A DNA stretch of 64,000 bases from a virus. Both the position numbers and the translations under genes were made by a program. Below are positions 1 through 11,208 of the stretch, piece by piece (the stretch's first letter is position 1; every line of letters starts with the position of its first letter). Where the stretch lies: IMG/VR virus record IMGVR_UViG_3300010396_000007, positions 34,678-98,677 of that record. The stretch is one strand, 5' to 3'. Below the pieces are notes generated by a model. The model made no database searches. It saw only the letters and a list, made by a program, of their open reading frames with translations, and was not told the origin of the DNA.

Positions 1-260
1 AGTTCGTCAAGGCTTTTGATTCTACTGACTAGTGACAAATCCCATTTATCATCATGGAACGTTTGTTGCACAGACTCATCCGATGTGTGACCAGATGCAG
101 CCGCTACGAAGTCTGTAAATGTAGGAAAATACTTCCGATATAATTCCGGGTATGCCCCTTCTTTTCTATAAAAGTCTCGTGTGACCTTAGTATGTTTAGC
201 TAGAAGCTTTTGCATATCTGCAATCAATGCTTCCTTTGACGTATCGTTTACGCTACTCAT
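1..260 (-). CDS. Partial hypothetical protein (runs off the left edge)
   Basis: ATG at 260 preceded by GGAGG; open frame MSSVNDTSKEALIADMQKLL... to the window edge; promoter upstream. Confidence 0.7.
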   Translation of the reverse strand, partial: MSSVNDTSKEALIADMQKLLAKHTKVTRDFYRKEGAYPELYRKYFPTFTDFVAAASGHTSDESVQQTFHDDKWDLSLVSRIKSLDE

Positions 261-292
261 TACCCTCCGATTGAATTTTTAACTACACACCA

Positions 293-321
293 AGTATACC
301 ACACATGGCTTTGTTTGTCAA
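293..321 (-). promoter_or_regulatory. sigma70-like promoter TTGACA-17-TATACT
   Basis: Reverse complement reads ttgacaaacaaagccatgtgtggtatact. Confidence 0.75.
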
Positions 322-684
322 TTATTTCTTTCGTGCTGCCTTTTTGCGCTTGGCGCGAACGGGCATAAGGGCGGCAGGTTGCTGCATCTGTTGCATTTGT
401 TGCATCATCATTACCGGGGCGTAGAACGTTCTAAAGTCTTGTCTCTGCTCGGATAATGCTGTAGCAATGGTTGATGTTTGACTTTTAATGTCCTCTCTCA
501 AACCTGTAATATGTACATCCATGGAATTTTTTAGCTCTACTACATTATTATCAATACTCGTGAATTTATTCTTAATCCATGTAATCACTTTAAACACTCC
601 AATAATGAACCCAGAGAATGTTGCTATACCACCAGCGATTTTGAGAATCAATAAAATTGTAGCAAGTGAAATAAAATCCGGCAT
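322..684 (-). CDS. Membrane protein with coiled coil (possible holin/lysis accessory)
   Basis: N-terminal hydrophobic helix, coiled coil, basic tail; adjacent to cell-wall hydrolase-like gene. Confidence 0.5.
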   Translation of the reverse strand: MPDFISLATILLILKIAGGIATFSGFIIGVFKVITWIKNKFTSIDNNVVELKNSMDVHITGLREDIKSQTSTIATALSEQRQDFRTFYAPVMMMQQMQQMQQPAALMPVRAKRKKAARKK

Positions 685-696
685 TACTTCTCCAAT

Positions 697-1104
697 CTAT
701 CGAAAAAGCATTAAGCTATTCATGTTGCCCACTTTTGGATGAGCAAATGAGTCACTTAAAATTTTATCTTGGAACCACGGGTTATCAATTGGTTTGGCGG
801 TATCGCACCAATATAACGCTCCTTTAGCGTAGTCTTGAGAGCCATCATAGATAGCTTCAACTTCATGGAGGAGTCTTACAAATGCCATATCCCAAATGGA
901 AGGTACACCTGAAGGCTGCTCGATAGTAGCAGAATACTTAGGTATACTATCAACAATATCTAACCAGTTTCCCCATCCTAAACGCTGACGGTTAGCAAGA
1001 CATGACATTATCATGCAACTTGCTAGATGGCCTCCGTACTCACGTCCATGTTTCCATCCCGCGAGTACGAGTTGACCTTTTTGAAAATCATCCTGTCTGA
1101 GCAA
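697..1104 (-). CDS. SleB/Hydrolase_2-like cell wall hydrolase (divergent)
   Basis: ...CLANR...W...D..KGALYW...PWF...GN...F pattern resembles the SleB family. Confidence 0.5.
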   Translation of the reverse strand: MLRQDDFQKGQLVLAGWKHGREYGGHLASCMIMSCLANRQRLGWGNWLDIVDSIPKYSATIEQPSGVPSIWDMAFVRLLHEVEAIYDGSQDYAKGALYWCDTAKPIDNPWFQDKILSDSFAHPKVGNMNSLMLFR

Positions 1105-1113
1105 TCTCTCTCC

Positions 1114-3216
1114 TTATTGCAATGCACTAGATGTTTGTGAGTAAATATCTCTCAATTTATCTTTACTCTGGGTTGCGTTGAGCGCATCGGTTGCACCTTT
1201 GGCAATAACCTTCGCAGCCGTACCCGGAGCACCACGTTCTGCCATTTGCCCTGCTTTTTGATAAAAGTTCCAAACTTCAGGGTGCGTTGCTATCTTATTC
1301 AGCAAAGCACGTCCAGCAGCGAATCCGCCACCTTCAGCTACAGTTAAACCAAGTAGCGCTCCCAATCCCATATGGGCTATACTAGCGCCCCCTGCCGCAC
1401 CAAGCGGAACAAGAACGCCCGCACGAGTTAGGTGCTGTAACTGTTCGCCTGCGTGAGCATCTTGTGCAAGTTGTTTCAAACCATTTTTAGCATCAGCAAC
1501 ATTGAATAAATCATTCTTGCTATCATCAGTAATTCGGGTCCATGCTTCAGAAAACTTTGCTGGATTAAACTGTCCATCGTCCAGTGAGTCTTTCATCATG
1601 GTTTGAAATACATCTTTGCCAAACGCTTTTACACCATCTGCACCAATTACTCTTTTCAGAACATCTGTATTAAAGTTTGCTTTACCTGCGGACGGCAATG
1701 CCGAACCCGCGCGTTTCAATCCTACGAAAGCCTTTGCTGCATCATCCATCTTACCGTCACGCAGCGCTGCAATAACAGGATTGTCGAATAAATTAACCTT
1801 ATCGCGGTAGCCTGCTCTCAATTCCTTGTAATCATTTAGAGCCGTTGGGTCACCACTTTTCTGAGCCATCTGACCAATTGTGTCATCAAGGGCATTGTTA
1901 ATCTTTCTTAATACACGACCATTGATATCACCAAGCTCATAACTATCACCTAAAGTACGAACCTGCTGACGAAGCGCCACTAAATCATCAATATTGAGAT
2001 TCTTTACTGGTTTCGTTTCAGGAGCTAAATCTTTAGAAGATTGAATAGGCTTACCGGAGGCATCGAGAATTTTAGGCGCTTCCGCAGTTGCTTCTTTCTC
2101 TACAGGTTGTGTGCCTGTTGAAAGTTGCTCTAGCAAGTCCTTAGTACTTTTATCAAGCTTGTCGCCTGTGGCGTTCTTAGCAGTGACAACAAAAGGATGT
2201 TCTTCGGGATTAGGCTTCGCTAGAAGCTCTTTGGCTTTCTTTTGAAGAGGATTGTCTGTTGGGTCAATCTCCTGCCCGCTTAGTCTGTCCTTAATATCCT
2301 TGATACCAGTTTCAAAATCGGTATGCATTTGGGCGTTAGATGCTTTAATACGATTGCCCATTTCTTCTACGATTTCCTGCTTACCTTTCGCGCCCTCGGC
2401 CACTTGAGATAGATTTTTAACCTTACCAGCAACTTGCCCTGCTTTCTGCAAAAGCTCGCCACCAGCTTCTAATGGGACACCTACGGCTGTACCAAATGCG
2501 GTAGCTTCCGCGCCCTGCTTTAAACCTTCTTTAGCTTTATCTTCAATGCTCCCTTGTTCTCGGGCAGCAGATTGCGCACCTTGTACGATGCCACCTTCTG
2601 CACCATGGATACCAGCAAGAGCAAGCATTCTAGCGCCAATGCGGAGAGCATTTACCAGTCTAGGAGAGCCTTCTACAGTCTTAATAGCTTTTGCTGCCGT
2701 CTCAAGTCTCTGAGCAACAGGGAGTGCTTTTAAAGCTTCATCACCCATTAGGAATTCAGCAAGTGTCTCACCGCCATAGCCAATCTTAGCAGCAGGAGGA
2801 AGATTTTCTTCTTTTGCTACATTATCATCGGCAATGTGATGCAGGAATTGTCTTGCTTTATCAGGTAGACCTAGGGTGTCCGCAGCCTTGGACGCCGCTT
2901 GAAAAACACCTTGTCCAACGCCGCCGAGAGTATTTAAAACCCCCGCACCCGCACCTTCTAGCGTTTCTCCGACTCCTACACCTGCATTTCCTACAACTTT
3001 ACCGGCTGTAGTCAGAGCGGAATCTTCTGGCTTAAACTCTAACCCATGCGCCGCTTTTTCAAAACCGTCTTCAGTGTTCTGTTGTGTTGGCGGTTGTCCT
3101 ACAGTTGCGCCTTGTGGGATAGGCGTAGAATACTGATCTTGATTCGAAGCCTGTCCCACAGTTGCGCCTTGAGGCAATGGTGTAGAATATTGGTCCTGCT
3201 GTTGGTTATTTTCCAT
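1114..3216 (-). CDS. Putative internal virion/ejection protein
   Basis: Ala/Gly-rich helical 700 aa with N-terminal repeat QDQYSTP[LI]PQGATVGQ; follows the SLT ejection gene. Confidence 0.6.
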   Translation of the reverse strand: MENNQQQDQYSTPLPQGATVGQASNQDQYSTPIPQGATVGQPPTQQNTEDGFEKAAHGLEFKPEDSALTTAGKVVGNAGVGVGETLEGAGAGVLNTLGGVGQGVFQAASKAADTLGLPDKARQFLHHIADDNVAKEENLPPAAKIGYGGETLAEFLMGDEALKALPVAQRLETAAKAIKTVEGSPRLVNALRIGARMLALAGIHGAEGGIVQGAQSAAREQGSIEDKAKEGLKQGAEATAFGTAVGVPLEAGGELLQKAGQVAGKVKNLSQVAEGAKGKQEIVEEMGNRIKASNAQMHTDFETGIKDIKDRLSGQEIDPTDNPLQKKAKELLAKPNPEEHPFVVTAKNATGDKLDKSTKDLLEQLSTGTQPVEKEATAEAPKILDASGKPIQSSKDLAPETKPVKNLNIDDLVALRQQVRTLGDSYELGDINGRVLRKINNALDDTIGQMAQKSGDPTALNDYKELRAGYRDKVNLFDNPVIAALRDGKMDDAAKAFVGLKRAGSALPSAGKANFNTDVLKRVIGADGVKAFGKDVFQTMMKDSLDDGQFNPAKFSEAWTRITDDSKNDLFNVADAKNGLKQLAQDAHAGEQLQHLTRAGVLVPLGAAGGASIAHMGLGALLGLTVAEGGGFAAGRALLNKIATHPEVWNFYQKAGQMAERGAPGTAAKVIAKGATDALNATQSKDKLRDIYSQTSSALQ

Positions 3217-3230
3217 GTCCTACCTTTTTA

Positions 3231-6107
3231 TTACTGCGTTTGTAATGCTCGATATCCCTTTGCACCGGGGACAGTAAACCCAAGAACTTGACCATTGTTA
3301 CCGTAAACAGGAACCTCTTGCGGAGTTAACTGTCCGGGTAACATTTGCTGTGTTCCCTGCGCTTGCTGTCTTTGCGACCACGGAGTTTCATAACCGTACT
3401 TCTGGCTTAATGTAGTAAAGCTAGAAGGAATGTTAGCTAGGTGCTTGTCGGCTGCTCCCGACATTTGATTGTATTGTTCGTCGTAAGGAGCAACTTTTCC
3501 ATGCATAACACCTGTGTACAGTCTAGCAAGGTCATCAATTTGCTTCTCTGAGTTTTCAGGAGTCATGTTCTTCATAATAGCTTCAACTTGTCCCTTTTGA
3601 GGAGCGAAGCCACCTGACAGAACCTTACCCATTTCATCGTTTACCGCGCCGGTTAAGGCCGCGAGCCTGCTATAATCACTTCCACCTGTATGATAATTTA
3701 ACTCATTCTCTAATTTATTAATCAGAGGATATTGACCGGCCCCGCTCTTAATGGCGTGTGCCAATTCAGTTAACATATTCAAGTGGTTTGAAACAGCAGC
3801 GGCAGCTTGGAATGTCTGCGCAGGTTTACTATTAGCACTCGTAAAGGAGTGTAAGTCCTTGTAGTTGTCCACATTATATGTTGGATTAAACTGTCTTACC
3901 ACATTCAACATATCCTGCTGTGTAAGTGATTGATCTTTGAACCATAGTTTGTTCGAAGCAACATTAATAGGAGCATCATAACGAGCAATAGCCATAGCAT
4001 CACGAATAGCTTCAGCCGGTAATGTTACGCCTTGGGCTTGTAGACTCTTATATACATCTTTAGGGTCCATCTTCAAAGCATCTTGCGGAACATTAGCTGT
4101 TTCCAACGTATCCAACATAGCTTGTTTCTTAGCATGAGCGGCCTCATCGTTGGCATTCTTAGCGGCTGCTCTTGCTTCAATTGCTTTTGTTTGAACATCA
4201 CTCTTACGTTGTTCTGCTTGTGTGGTTACATAATCGTCATGCGTTTTGATCGCATCGGCACCACCTTGCTGCAAGTAAGCTGCGATGTTATTAGCAGCGT
4301 CCCCTTGTCCTGATTGACGTAGGTGTGCTAATGCCGCGCCAACCTGTCCTTCGGAACCCGGAGGAAGACTGTTGTATGCACCCATGAATTTCTCTACATC
4401 AGAGGCAAACGTCGCGTGCTCTTTAGCAAAGTCTGTTGGCAGAGGATGCTTTTTATCAGTCGCTACATCTGGTGCTTGCAGAAGTCCTACACGTCCCGCA
4501 ACTGAGTCCACATACTTCTGCGTGTCTGCTGCTGAATGGTCTTTTGTGTCCTGAATGGCACCGTTTGGACCGATAGCTCCCGGACCACTATAATACGCCG
4601 CTAGTGCCTTCTTAGGGTCACCTTGGTATTGCTTTAGTAAGTCAGAGAAATAATGAGCCGTGGCATCAGTATTCTTAGCCGGGTCTGTTCTATTGTCATT
4701 ACCATCTGCGTCAATTAATCCATACTGTTTAGCCGTTGTTTTGGTAAACTGTCCGACACCTGTAGCACCTGTAGCACTAATTGCATTTGGATCGCCGCCT
4801 GATTCTTGTGATACAAGGCCGCGAAGCAGCGCTTGAAAGTTATCAGGAGTTATTAATGTTTTAATAGACGGTGCGTACTTCTCTGCTACATTATCAACCA
4901 TGCCTTGAATTTTTGTGTTCTTAACTTCGGGTGAAGTTAGAGTCCCCGGCTTGGTTACATCGGCAGAGATTTGATGGTTCACTCCGGTTGCTTCGTCAAC
5001 AGTGTCAAAGAAGTTGCTAAACATCTGCTCGGCTACACCCAATTGAGTAGCCATCGACTTCTTATTTAGTGCCAAGCGCGCGTTAAGAGGAGCATCTGTA
5101 ATGTTTTGATTGTCCATTCCCGGTTGTCCCCAAGCTGACAAACGTTTAGTGTCTTCAGGACTCAACATTCCTGTAGTCTTAAATGAAGGGTCCAGAATTA
5201 GATAATCCATATCCCATTGTGGTTTACCGTTAATCTCTACTTGCTTTCCCTCACTATCAAGGCGAGGTACGCGTTTATAAGGAATTGCAGTATCCGCAGT
5301 GACATTATACTTAGCCAAATCCTTGTAGGATGCTATTGCTTTAATATAGCCGGGAAATTCAGATTGAATCTTATCGACTAAATCTTTGTACTGCCCAATG
5401 TATGCATCTGCTGCGTCAGCATCCATCTTCCCAATACTGCGAGCATTGTTGTACATGCGCATATTCAATTCAGTGGTCTGTACGCGGCGAGCATAATCCT
5501 GAGTAGCTTGGTCTTTAGCATTCTGTGTGATCTGTTGACTCTGTTTTGCACCAGCAGCAAACCCGGCTGAAGCTGCGCGCCCAAGATTACCCGGACCATT
5601 TTGTACACCAAATCCGGCAGCAGCGCCTGTTAAAGCTTCCATGGCGATAGCAAGAGCTAAGTGTCCGTTACTTATCGGAACTTGCTTCTTTTGCATGTTA
5701 CCCATTGAATCGACAGAATAGGTGTAACGTGGTCCTCCTGCAAGTGCTTCCGCAATATCATGGAACATGCTCGCCTTTTTAACAGCAGGCGGTGGTCCTT
5801 GAGGGGCGGGAATGCCATTAGGCTGCTGCGGCCCCGGAGTCTTAGACAAATCTGAAGGTTTACCGGGTTGCTGTCCGGGACCATTAGAGGTGTTTCCCTG
5901 TACCGGCGAAGAATTGACACCTTGGGGAGCGGTGGCAGTTACAGGTGTGGGAGCAGGAGTAGGAGGAATATTTGGCGCTGCTGTTTGTGAAACGGTAGCA
6001 GCGTCATTCGCCTCTGGATTTGCAATGTCAAGTACCTGTCCTCCATTTGGCGGATTAGAGGTTCCTTCCATTGGTTCCTGATTTTGAGATTGTGTTTGTG
6101 CGTCCAT
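3231..6107 (-). CDS. Internal virion protein with lytic transglycosylase (SLT) domain
   Basis: QESGGDPNAISATGATGVGQF and ALAAYYSGPG SLT motifs. Confidence 0.85.
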   Translation of the reverse strand: MDAQTQSQNQEPMEGTSNPPNGGQVLDIANPEANDAATVSQTAAPNIPPTPAPTPVTATAPQGVNSSPVQGNTSNGPGQQPGKPSDLSKTPGPQQPNGIPAPQGPPPAVKKASMFHDIAEALAGGPRYTYSVDSMGNMQKKQVPISNGHLALAIAMEALTGAAAGFGVQNGPGNLGRAASAGFAAGAKQSQQITQNAKDQATQDYARRVQTTELNMRMYNNARSIGKMDADAADAYIGQYKDLVDKIQSEFPGYIKAIASYKDLAKYNVTADTAIPYKRVPRLDSEGKQVEINGKPQWDMDYLILDPSFKTTGMLSPEDTKRLSAWGQPGMDNQNITDAPLNARLALNKKSMATQLGVAEQMFSNFFDTVDEATGVNHQISADVTKPGTLTSPEVKNTKIQGMVDNVAEKYAPSIKTLITPDNFQALLRGLVSQESGGDPNAISATGATGVGQFTKTTAKQYGLIDADGNDNRTDPAKNTDATAHYFSDLLKQYQGDPKKALAAYYSGPGAIGPNGAIQDTKDHSAADTQKYVDSVAGRVGLLQAPDVATDKKHPLPTDFAKEHATFASDVEKFMGAYNSLPPGSEGQVGAALAHLRQSGQGDAANNIAAYLQQGGADAIKTHDDYVTTQAEQRKSDVQTKAIEARAAAKNANDEAAHAKKQAMLDTLETANVPQDALKMDPKDVYKSLQAQGVTLPAEAIRDAMAIARYDAPINVASNKLWFKDQSLTQQDMLNVVRQFNPTYNVDNYKDLHSFTSANSKPAQTFQAAAAVSNHLNMLTELAHAIKSGAGQYPLINKLENELNYHTGGSDYSRLAALTGAVNDEMGKVLSGGFAPQKGQVEAIMKNMTPENSEKQIDDLARLYTGVMHGKVAPYDEQYNQMSGAADKHLANIPSSFTTLSQKYGYETPWSQRQQAQGTQQMLPGQLTPQEVPVYGNNGQVLGFTVPGAKGYRALQTQ

Positions 6108-6119
6108 TATTGATACTCC

Positions 6120-6866
6120 TTATCCACCAAAGAATCCTTTTCCTTTCCCGAGATTAGCCATCCCGCCTGTTGCAACAGCACCGCCAATAGAACCGACAGC
6201 GCCAAGAACACCTTGTAAAACACTGTTATCCGCTTGGGCAACATCATTTTGTGATGTGGTAGCGGCTTCACCGGCTTGTGTCCCGGCTCCTGTAGCTCCG
6301 GTTGCCGCACCAAATACGCTTGGTGCTGCTAATTCACCTTGTACAGCAGTGGCCCAGTTTTGTCTTCCTTGGGCATAGTTCTCTGTAGTAATTTCATTAA
6401 GCTGATTTGCAGTTTGTGATGCGCCTGCATTAGCAAGTTGCAATTCTTCATTAGCTGCCACGCCGCTAGGTAATGCGGTGTTACCGCCACCTTGAGCCGC
6501 AAGATTCTCACCAAGAGCTTGTCGTGCGTTCTTAAAGCTTTGACCAGTTGTTGTAATTGCGGCTGATCTTTTAGCAGCAAGTTCCGTAGGAGAAAACCCT
6601 TGTTGATTTGGGCCTGCGTTGACAATTGGCGCGAATGTATTCATCAGCCCTTGAAAGACTTGAGAAGCATCGCCAAAAACAGTCTTAGCTTGATCCTGAG
6701 CTTGTGTCATAAAGCTTGTGGTGCTAGCTGCTACCTGCTTCTGTCCTGAAGTTGCACCACATGCTAATGCGATAGTTCCATTATACTCGAAAGAGGATGA
6801 AGTGTCAAGCACGTAACGACCCATGCCGTCATCCCAGTGATACTCAAGCTTCGTAAATATTCTCAT
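6120..6866 (-). CDS. Putative DNA ejection/pilot protein
   Basis: Ala/Gln/Gly-rich with a C-terminal glycine-zipper-like segment; podovirus synteny. Confidence 0.55.
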   Translation of the reverse strand: MRIFTKLEYHWDDGMGRYVLDTSSSFEYNGTIALACGATSGQKQVAASTTSFMTQAQDQAKTVFGDASQVFQGLMNTFAPIVNAGPNQQGFSPTELAAKRSAAITTTGQSFKNARQALGENLAAQGGGNTALPSGVAANEELQLANAGASQTANQLNEITTENYAQGRQNWATAVQGELAAPSVFGAATGATGAGTQAGEAATTSQNDVAQADNSVLQGVLGAVGSIGGAVATGGMANLGKGKGFFGG

Positions 6867-7300
6867 TATACCATTTCCTCTTTCGGTGTGTCAATGAAAA
6901 GTTTTCCAAGAACCCCTTCACCGAAGTCCTGAAATCCTAATCGCTTGATGCAAAAATTTCGCAATAACGGGACGGTGCTTATAAAAAAGAAGCCACTGAA
7001 TCCATTGTCTTTAGCTTTATTCTCTAATTCAGGAAAACCCGTTAGCATCGCTTTTAAATTTCGTCTACCATCGTCATTATTTAGATATTGAATGTCTAAC
7101 TGTATAATGCCTACACCTTTTTCAACAATGGGCTTGCCGCGTACAAAACATATCGGCCCTTTCTCATCTTCATACACAGAACACACAGTACCATCTGCGT
7201 AAAAGAAACTAGCGGGTGTATCTTTGTGGTGCTCGTCAAGCATTAAAGAACTTGCTAACAAACTGTAATCATCATCTGTAATGTATCTACTTGTTATCAT
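6866..7300 (-). CDS. Hypothetical, possibly GNAT-like virion assembly protein
   Basis: Position between nozzle and ejection genes; ...KRLGF motif; likely start ATG 7300. Confidence 0.4.
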   Translation of the reverse strand: MITSRYITDDDYSLLASSLMLDEHHKDTPASFFYADGTVCSVYEDEKGPICFVRGKPIVEKGVGIIQLDIQYLNNDDGRRNLKAMLTGFPELENKAKDNGFSGFFFISTVPLLRNFCIKRLGFQDFGEGVLGKLFIDTPKEEMV

Positions 7301-7890
7301 TACCTTCCTTTTGCTTCCCAATACGCGAATCCACTTGAGCCGTTGTTAGAGATAGTAAAGCCAGTGATGGACTCAGAACCTTTAACAACAAACGTGATAC
7401 GATCTGTAGGCGACCAAGTTGTTACTAAAATCATTTCAATAGTAGATGGGAAAGGAATTGGGAACGTAACAGCTATTGTACCAGCATTAATATCAGTCGT
7501 TACTGCACCCCATTGTGTTATAATTCCGAGTGGGTCTTTCTCCCAAAACCCATTAGCATTAGACCCTTGACTAAATCCTGCCGTTGGGTCCGTGTTTGTG
7601 ATATTAGTGACTTTAGTTGTGTTCGTAACATTGGTTACAGATTGCACAAGATTATTTGGTGGAGTAGGAGGGATAATTCTATTCTGGGGAACTACCCCTC
7701 CATTGAAATAAGTTCGCAAAGAATCACTTGATGCGTGCCATATAGGAGGTATAGGGGTACGCATATAAACACTCTGCCCCGGTGCTGCTTGGGATGTTTG
7801 TGCAAATCCTGTTAAAGAAGTTACGGGCGCTGTAAGAACAGGCTCGTAACCGCTAGTATCAGCATTTGTTGATTCTTGTAAACTTGGCAT
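7300..7890 (-). CDS. Tail protein with gp53-like C-terminal fibre domain
   Basis: NGFWEKDPLGIITQWG...VTFPIPFP...W.AKG motif. Confidence 0.65.
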   Translation of the reverse strand: MPSLQESTNADTSGYEPVLTAPVTSLTGFAQTSQAAPGQSVYMRTPIPPIWHASSDSLRTYFNGGVVPQNRIIPPTPPNNLVQSVTNVTNTTKVTNITNTDPTAGFSQGSNANGFWEKDPLGIITQWGAVTTDINAGTIAVTFPIPFPSTIEMILVTTWSPTDRITFVVKGSESITGFTISNNGSSGFAYWEAKGR

Positions 7891-10662
7891 TATAACTCCT
7901 GCAAATATGTACCAAATACGGTCATTGTTAGAAGTTCATTCATAACGGTGTCCGCAGGACTAAATATAACCTGTATCTGCATGTGTCTCAGTGTTGCTAA
8001 CACATTTTCGTTATCCGATAAATAGAAACGCTGACTATAAAAAGATTTGCTTGTGGGCAAATTAGGAGGGTCAGATTCCCAATTTTTCAGAATATCAATT
8101 GGACCTGTATAATAAGGCAATGCCTCATCAATGAGTACGCCCAATGAGATAGGACTTCCAACTCTTACAGAATCGGTAACAATATGTGCTACTTGTGCTA
8201 CTTGTCCCGGCTGAGTAAGTACCGCAGAGCCTACAACTGCATATGCCGAATATGGTGTTCCGTTATCTGCATACACACTAAGGTCACGTTGTAAAAGTTC
8301 ACCTGTTGACACAGGACCAAGTAATAGTCTATGTACACCCGGAGATACCTCAATTGATTGAACCGCTTTGACACCGCCACTAATTTGTGCGAACGGTGAC
8401 CATGTATATCCTGTCTCCGGTGCCGGTGTAGTCATCAACCTGTACCAGCCGTTTGCTCCGTCACATACGTACCAAGCTTGATCTTCACCTTGGACATGCC
8501 ATGCAACGTAAGCATTCTTAGGATTCCACGATGTGCCTAATCCGCCATTATTTAAGCGAAGTTGGTCACCAATCGGGAATCCTGCGTATACTGTACCGGC
8601 TGACGGGTCTAGAATGAGGAATTGATTGTCTGTAGTAAACAGACCAATAATTGCTCCATTTACATCTAAAGCATTATAACTAAGTAAACCAATGCCCGGT
8701 AGCAAGGGTTGAGAGCCTTGAATTGGACTTGTTTGTGTTCCTAGTCCTTGTATAATGTATACATCTGAAACGGTAAATACTAACATTCCAGAAGTCGTAG
8801 GAACCAAGCGCGTAACTAAGGATGGCATGGAGTCAAAATTCAAAGGACTTGACCCATTTAGTCCATTGCCTTCCGGCGCATCTGGTCCTGAAGTCCAATA
8901 AACTACGTTTCCGATGCTGTACCAAATTCTATTTAAGTGGTATGTAAGATTAATAGCCCCTGTTGCCGGAACAGTGTTTTCTCCCGCTATCGGTGCAGAA
9001 ATTAGGTTATTCAAACCCGTGTCTTGAGTATTGTCCCAAAATCCGTGTATTAAATAATCACTTAATCTCATAGTCCAAGTCGTACCGTCTTGCCCCGGAA
9101 TTAAAAACGGCGTGGCCTGTCCATCGGTTGTTCTAAAAATAGCAACATAATCAGCTTGGAAATCCAGTGTCGTACCGGGGATAATCGTATGGGGCGCTCG
9201 TACTATAGACGGCAGTCCCATTCCCGGTGCTAGATAAACATTCTGCGCTCCATTGAAATTACCAGTAGGAGGAGATAGGGGCGAAACATTCGAGTAAGTA
9301 TCATCCAGACTGTTTACCAAAGCTACGCAGTATTGATATCCCCCATTGGAAGGACTCAAAGCACTCTGGTAAATCATTGTCCATGTGTTACCACCATCTA
9401 CAGTCGTATCACCAATGATCTTTGACCAATTAGGCTCCGGTCCAGCCGGTGTACCTGCAAATGTCAATTGCTGAAGATTGTTGTTTGAATCAATTACAGT
9501 TTGTCCTGCTATATAAGCTGTGCCCGCTGTCCAATTTGGGAAGGGCAGCGTTCCTACAGAACCTAATCCCGCATAATTCTGGTTAAACACAGTCGAAATA
9601 GGAATCGTGGGAGTATTTGTAATCCCCCAGTTTTTGACTAGAGGACCATGATTCACCCAAAGAACCGTATTATCAACTGTCCAACCGCCTTTATATTTAT
9701 TAGGAGCAATAGCTACCACGCCCGGTTGAACGTTACTGAATGTAGGAATTGTAGCACCAGATTTGGGTGTACCTCCGTTAAAAGCAATTACGTTGCCAGT
9801 AGTTGCAGTTGTTGTAACAGGAAGTGTAAAAGGGCTAATGGTAGGAAAAGGCCAAGTCGTTGTCATACTTGTACCTGAAACCGTAAGTACTGTTACATTT
9901 GCAAAAAGCTCTTGTCCTACTATGATACCAGAATCCCAATATGTAATAAACGGTGCTGCGTCAATTGATACTGTATCCCCTGCTGCAAAAAAGTTGGATA
10001 GAGTTATACTAGATGTTAATGTAATAACAGGCCCGCTAGTGGTAGTGGGGGCAGCAATCGAGTATGACACTAAAGGTGCAATAGTACCAAGAAGCTGTTG
10101 TATATTTCCGTTTGAATCTACAATGAAAGTAGTTAAGAATGGGGTAGTTTGCTGCCCGTACAGAAAGTTAGCCTGCCAAGTCTGCAAGGTTTGCATGTAC
10201 TTTTTATTGTCGATTCCATTTGCAAAGTAGAGAATATTTCCTACCGACTGCATATAAGTTTGACCAGCACCAATACTCTTATCAAAAATATCCGTCTTAA
10301 CTCCACCAGACAATGAGTACAAAGCGTTCGCTTGGTCAACCATCAATATAATTGTTTCTGTATTCTGGTCAAATAGGCGAAATTCATAGAAGCGATCTAC
10401 ACCTGTGTAACTGTTAGAATCGTACACTGATGTACCGGGTCTACGCGCTAGTGTCAATTTATTTGTAATTTCAACGTTCAATCCGGCAATAAGGGCATCC
10501 CCTGCTTGACCATAAAACTTTTCGACAATACGGCTGGTAGTGGCATCTCTTAAAGGGGAACGATTTGTCCATAAACCACTAGACCAACGACCTGTATACA
10601 AAGGCGCAAACTTCGGCTGCTTACTTGGTGTTGCTCCTGCTAGTCCGAGGTTGTTACTCAAT
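7890..10662 (-). CDS. Tail nozzle / DNA-stabilisation protein (P22 gp10/T7 gp12-like) with inserted CBM-like modules
   Basis: LARRPG N-terminal motif, beta-propeller-like composition; likely TTG start at 10662 behind GAGGAAGG. Confidence 0.65.
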
Positions 10663-11208
10663 TTGACCTTCCTCAAGCATAACAACTTTAGCCCACTCAC
10701 CGAGTAAAATAAGTTCTTCTAATGAGGCATTGCTTTTCATTGTGTTAGCTTTATTTGATATTATGTGAATATTACCTTTAACATATCCTCCATTCGGGTC
10801 AATTCTATCTAAGCTAGGAGAATTTGGCAAAGGACCATGAGGCCCAAAGTTTTTCACAATCGGTATATTAAGTATTGGACAATGTGTAGGTATTTCGATA
10901 TCCTCTACTTTTATCGTAAATTCTATACCCCTTTGATTAGCACGCTGTCTAGCAGAGGCATAAACCGCTATACGATTATCTTCCTTGGTTTTTTGAATTC
11001 GGTGTTTATTGGCTTGTTTATTAATTTTTTCTCTAACGCCGGGTTTAGATTTATACAGATCACGAGACTTTTTGTTACACACTTTACAATAAGACCGTCG
11101 CTTTTCACCGCGTCCACATTTGGTGTAACTTGTAAATGTTTTAACTTCTCCGCATTTTGAACATTTCTTAGTTTCCATAAATATTTCCTTTAAGCGTTTG
11201 GCACCCAA
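10654..11208 (-). CDS. HNH-type homing endonuclease
   Basis: CSKC..., CPIL, SPSLDRIDPNGGYVKGNIHIISNKANTMK; real start probably ATG 11178. Confidence 0.85.
   Translation of the reverse strand: MGAKRLKEIFMETKKCSKCGEVKTFTSYTKCGRGEKRRSYCKVCNKKSRDLYKSKPGVREKINKQANKHRIQKTKEDNRIAVYASARQRANQRGIEFTIKVEDIEIPTHCPILNIPIVKNFGPHGPLPNSPSLDRIDPNGGYVKGNIHIISNKANTMKSNASLEELILLGEWAKVVMLEEGQIE

Noticed and set aside
10654-11208. HNH genes within structural operons as group I intron ORFs
   Set aside because: Flanking genes are complete and abut the nuclease ORFs; there is no room for intron core sequence
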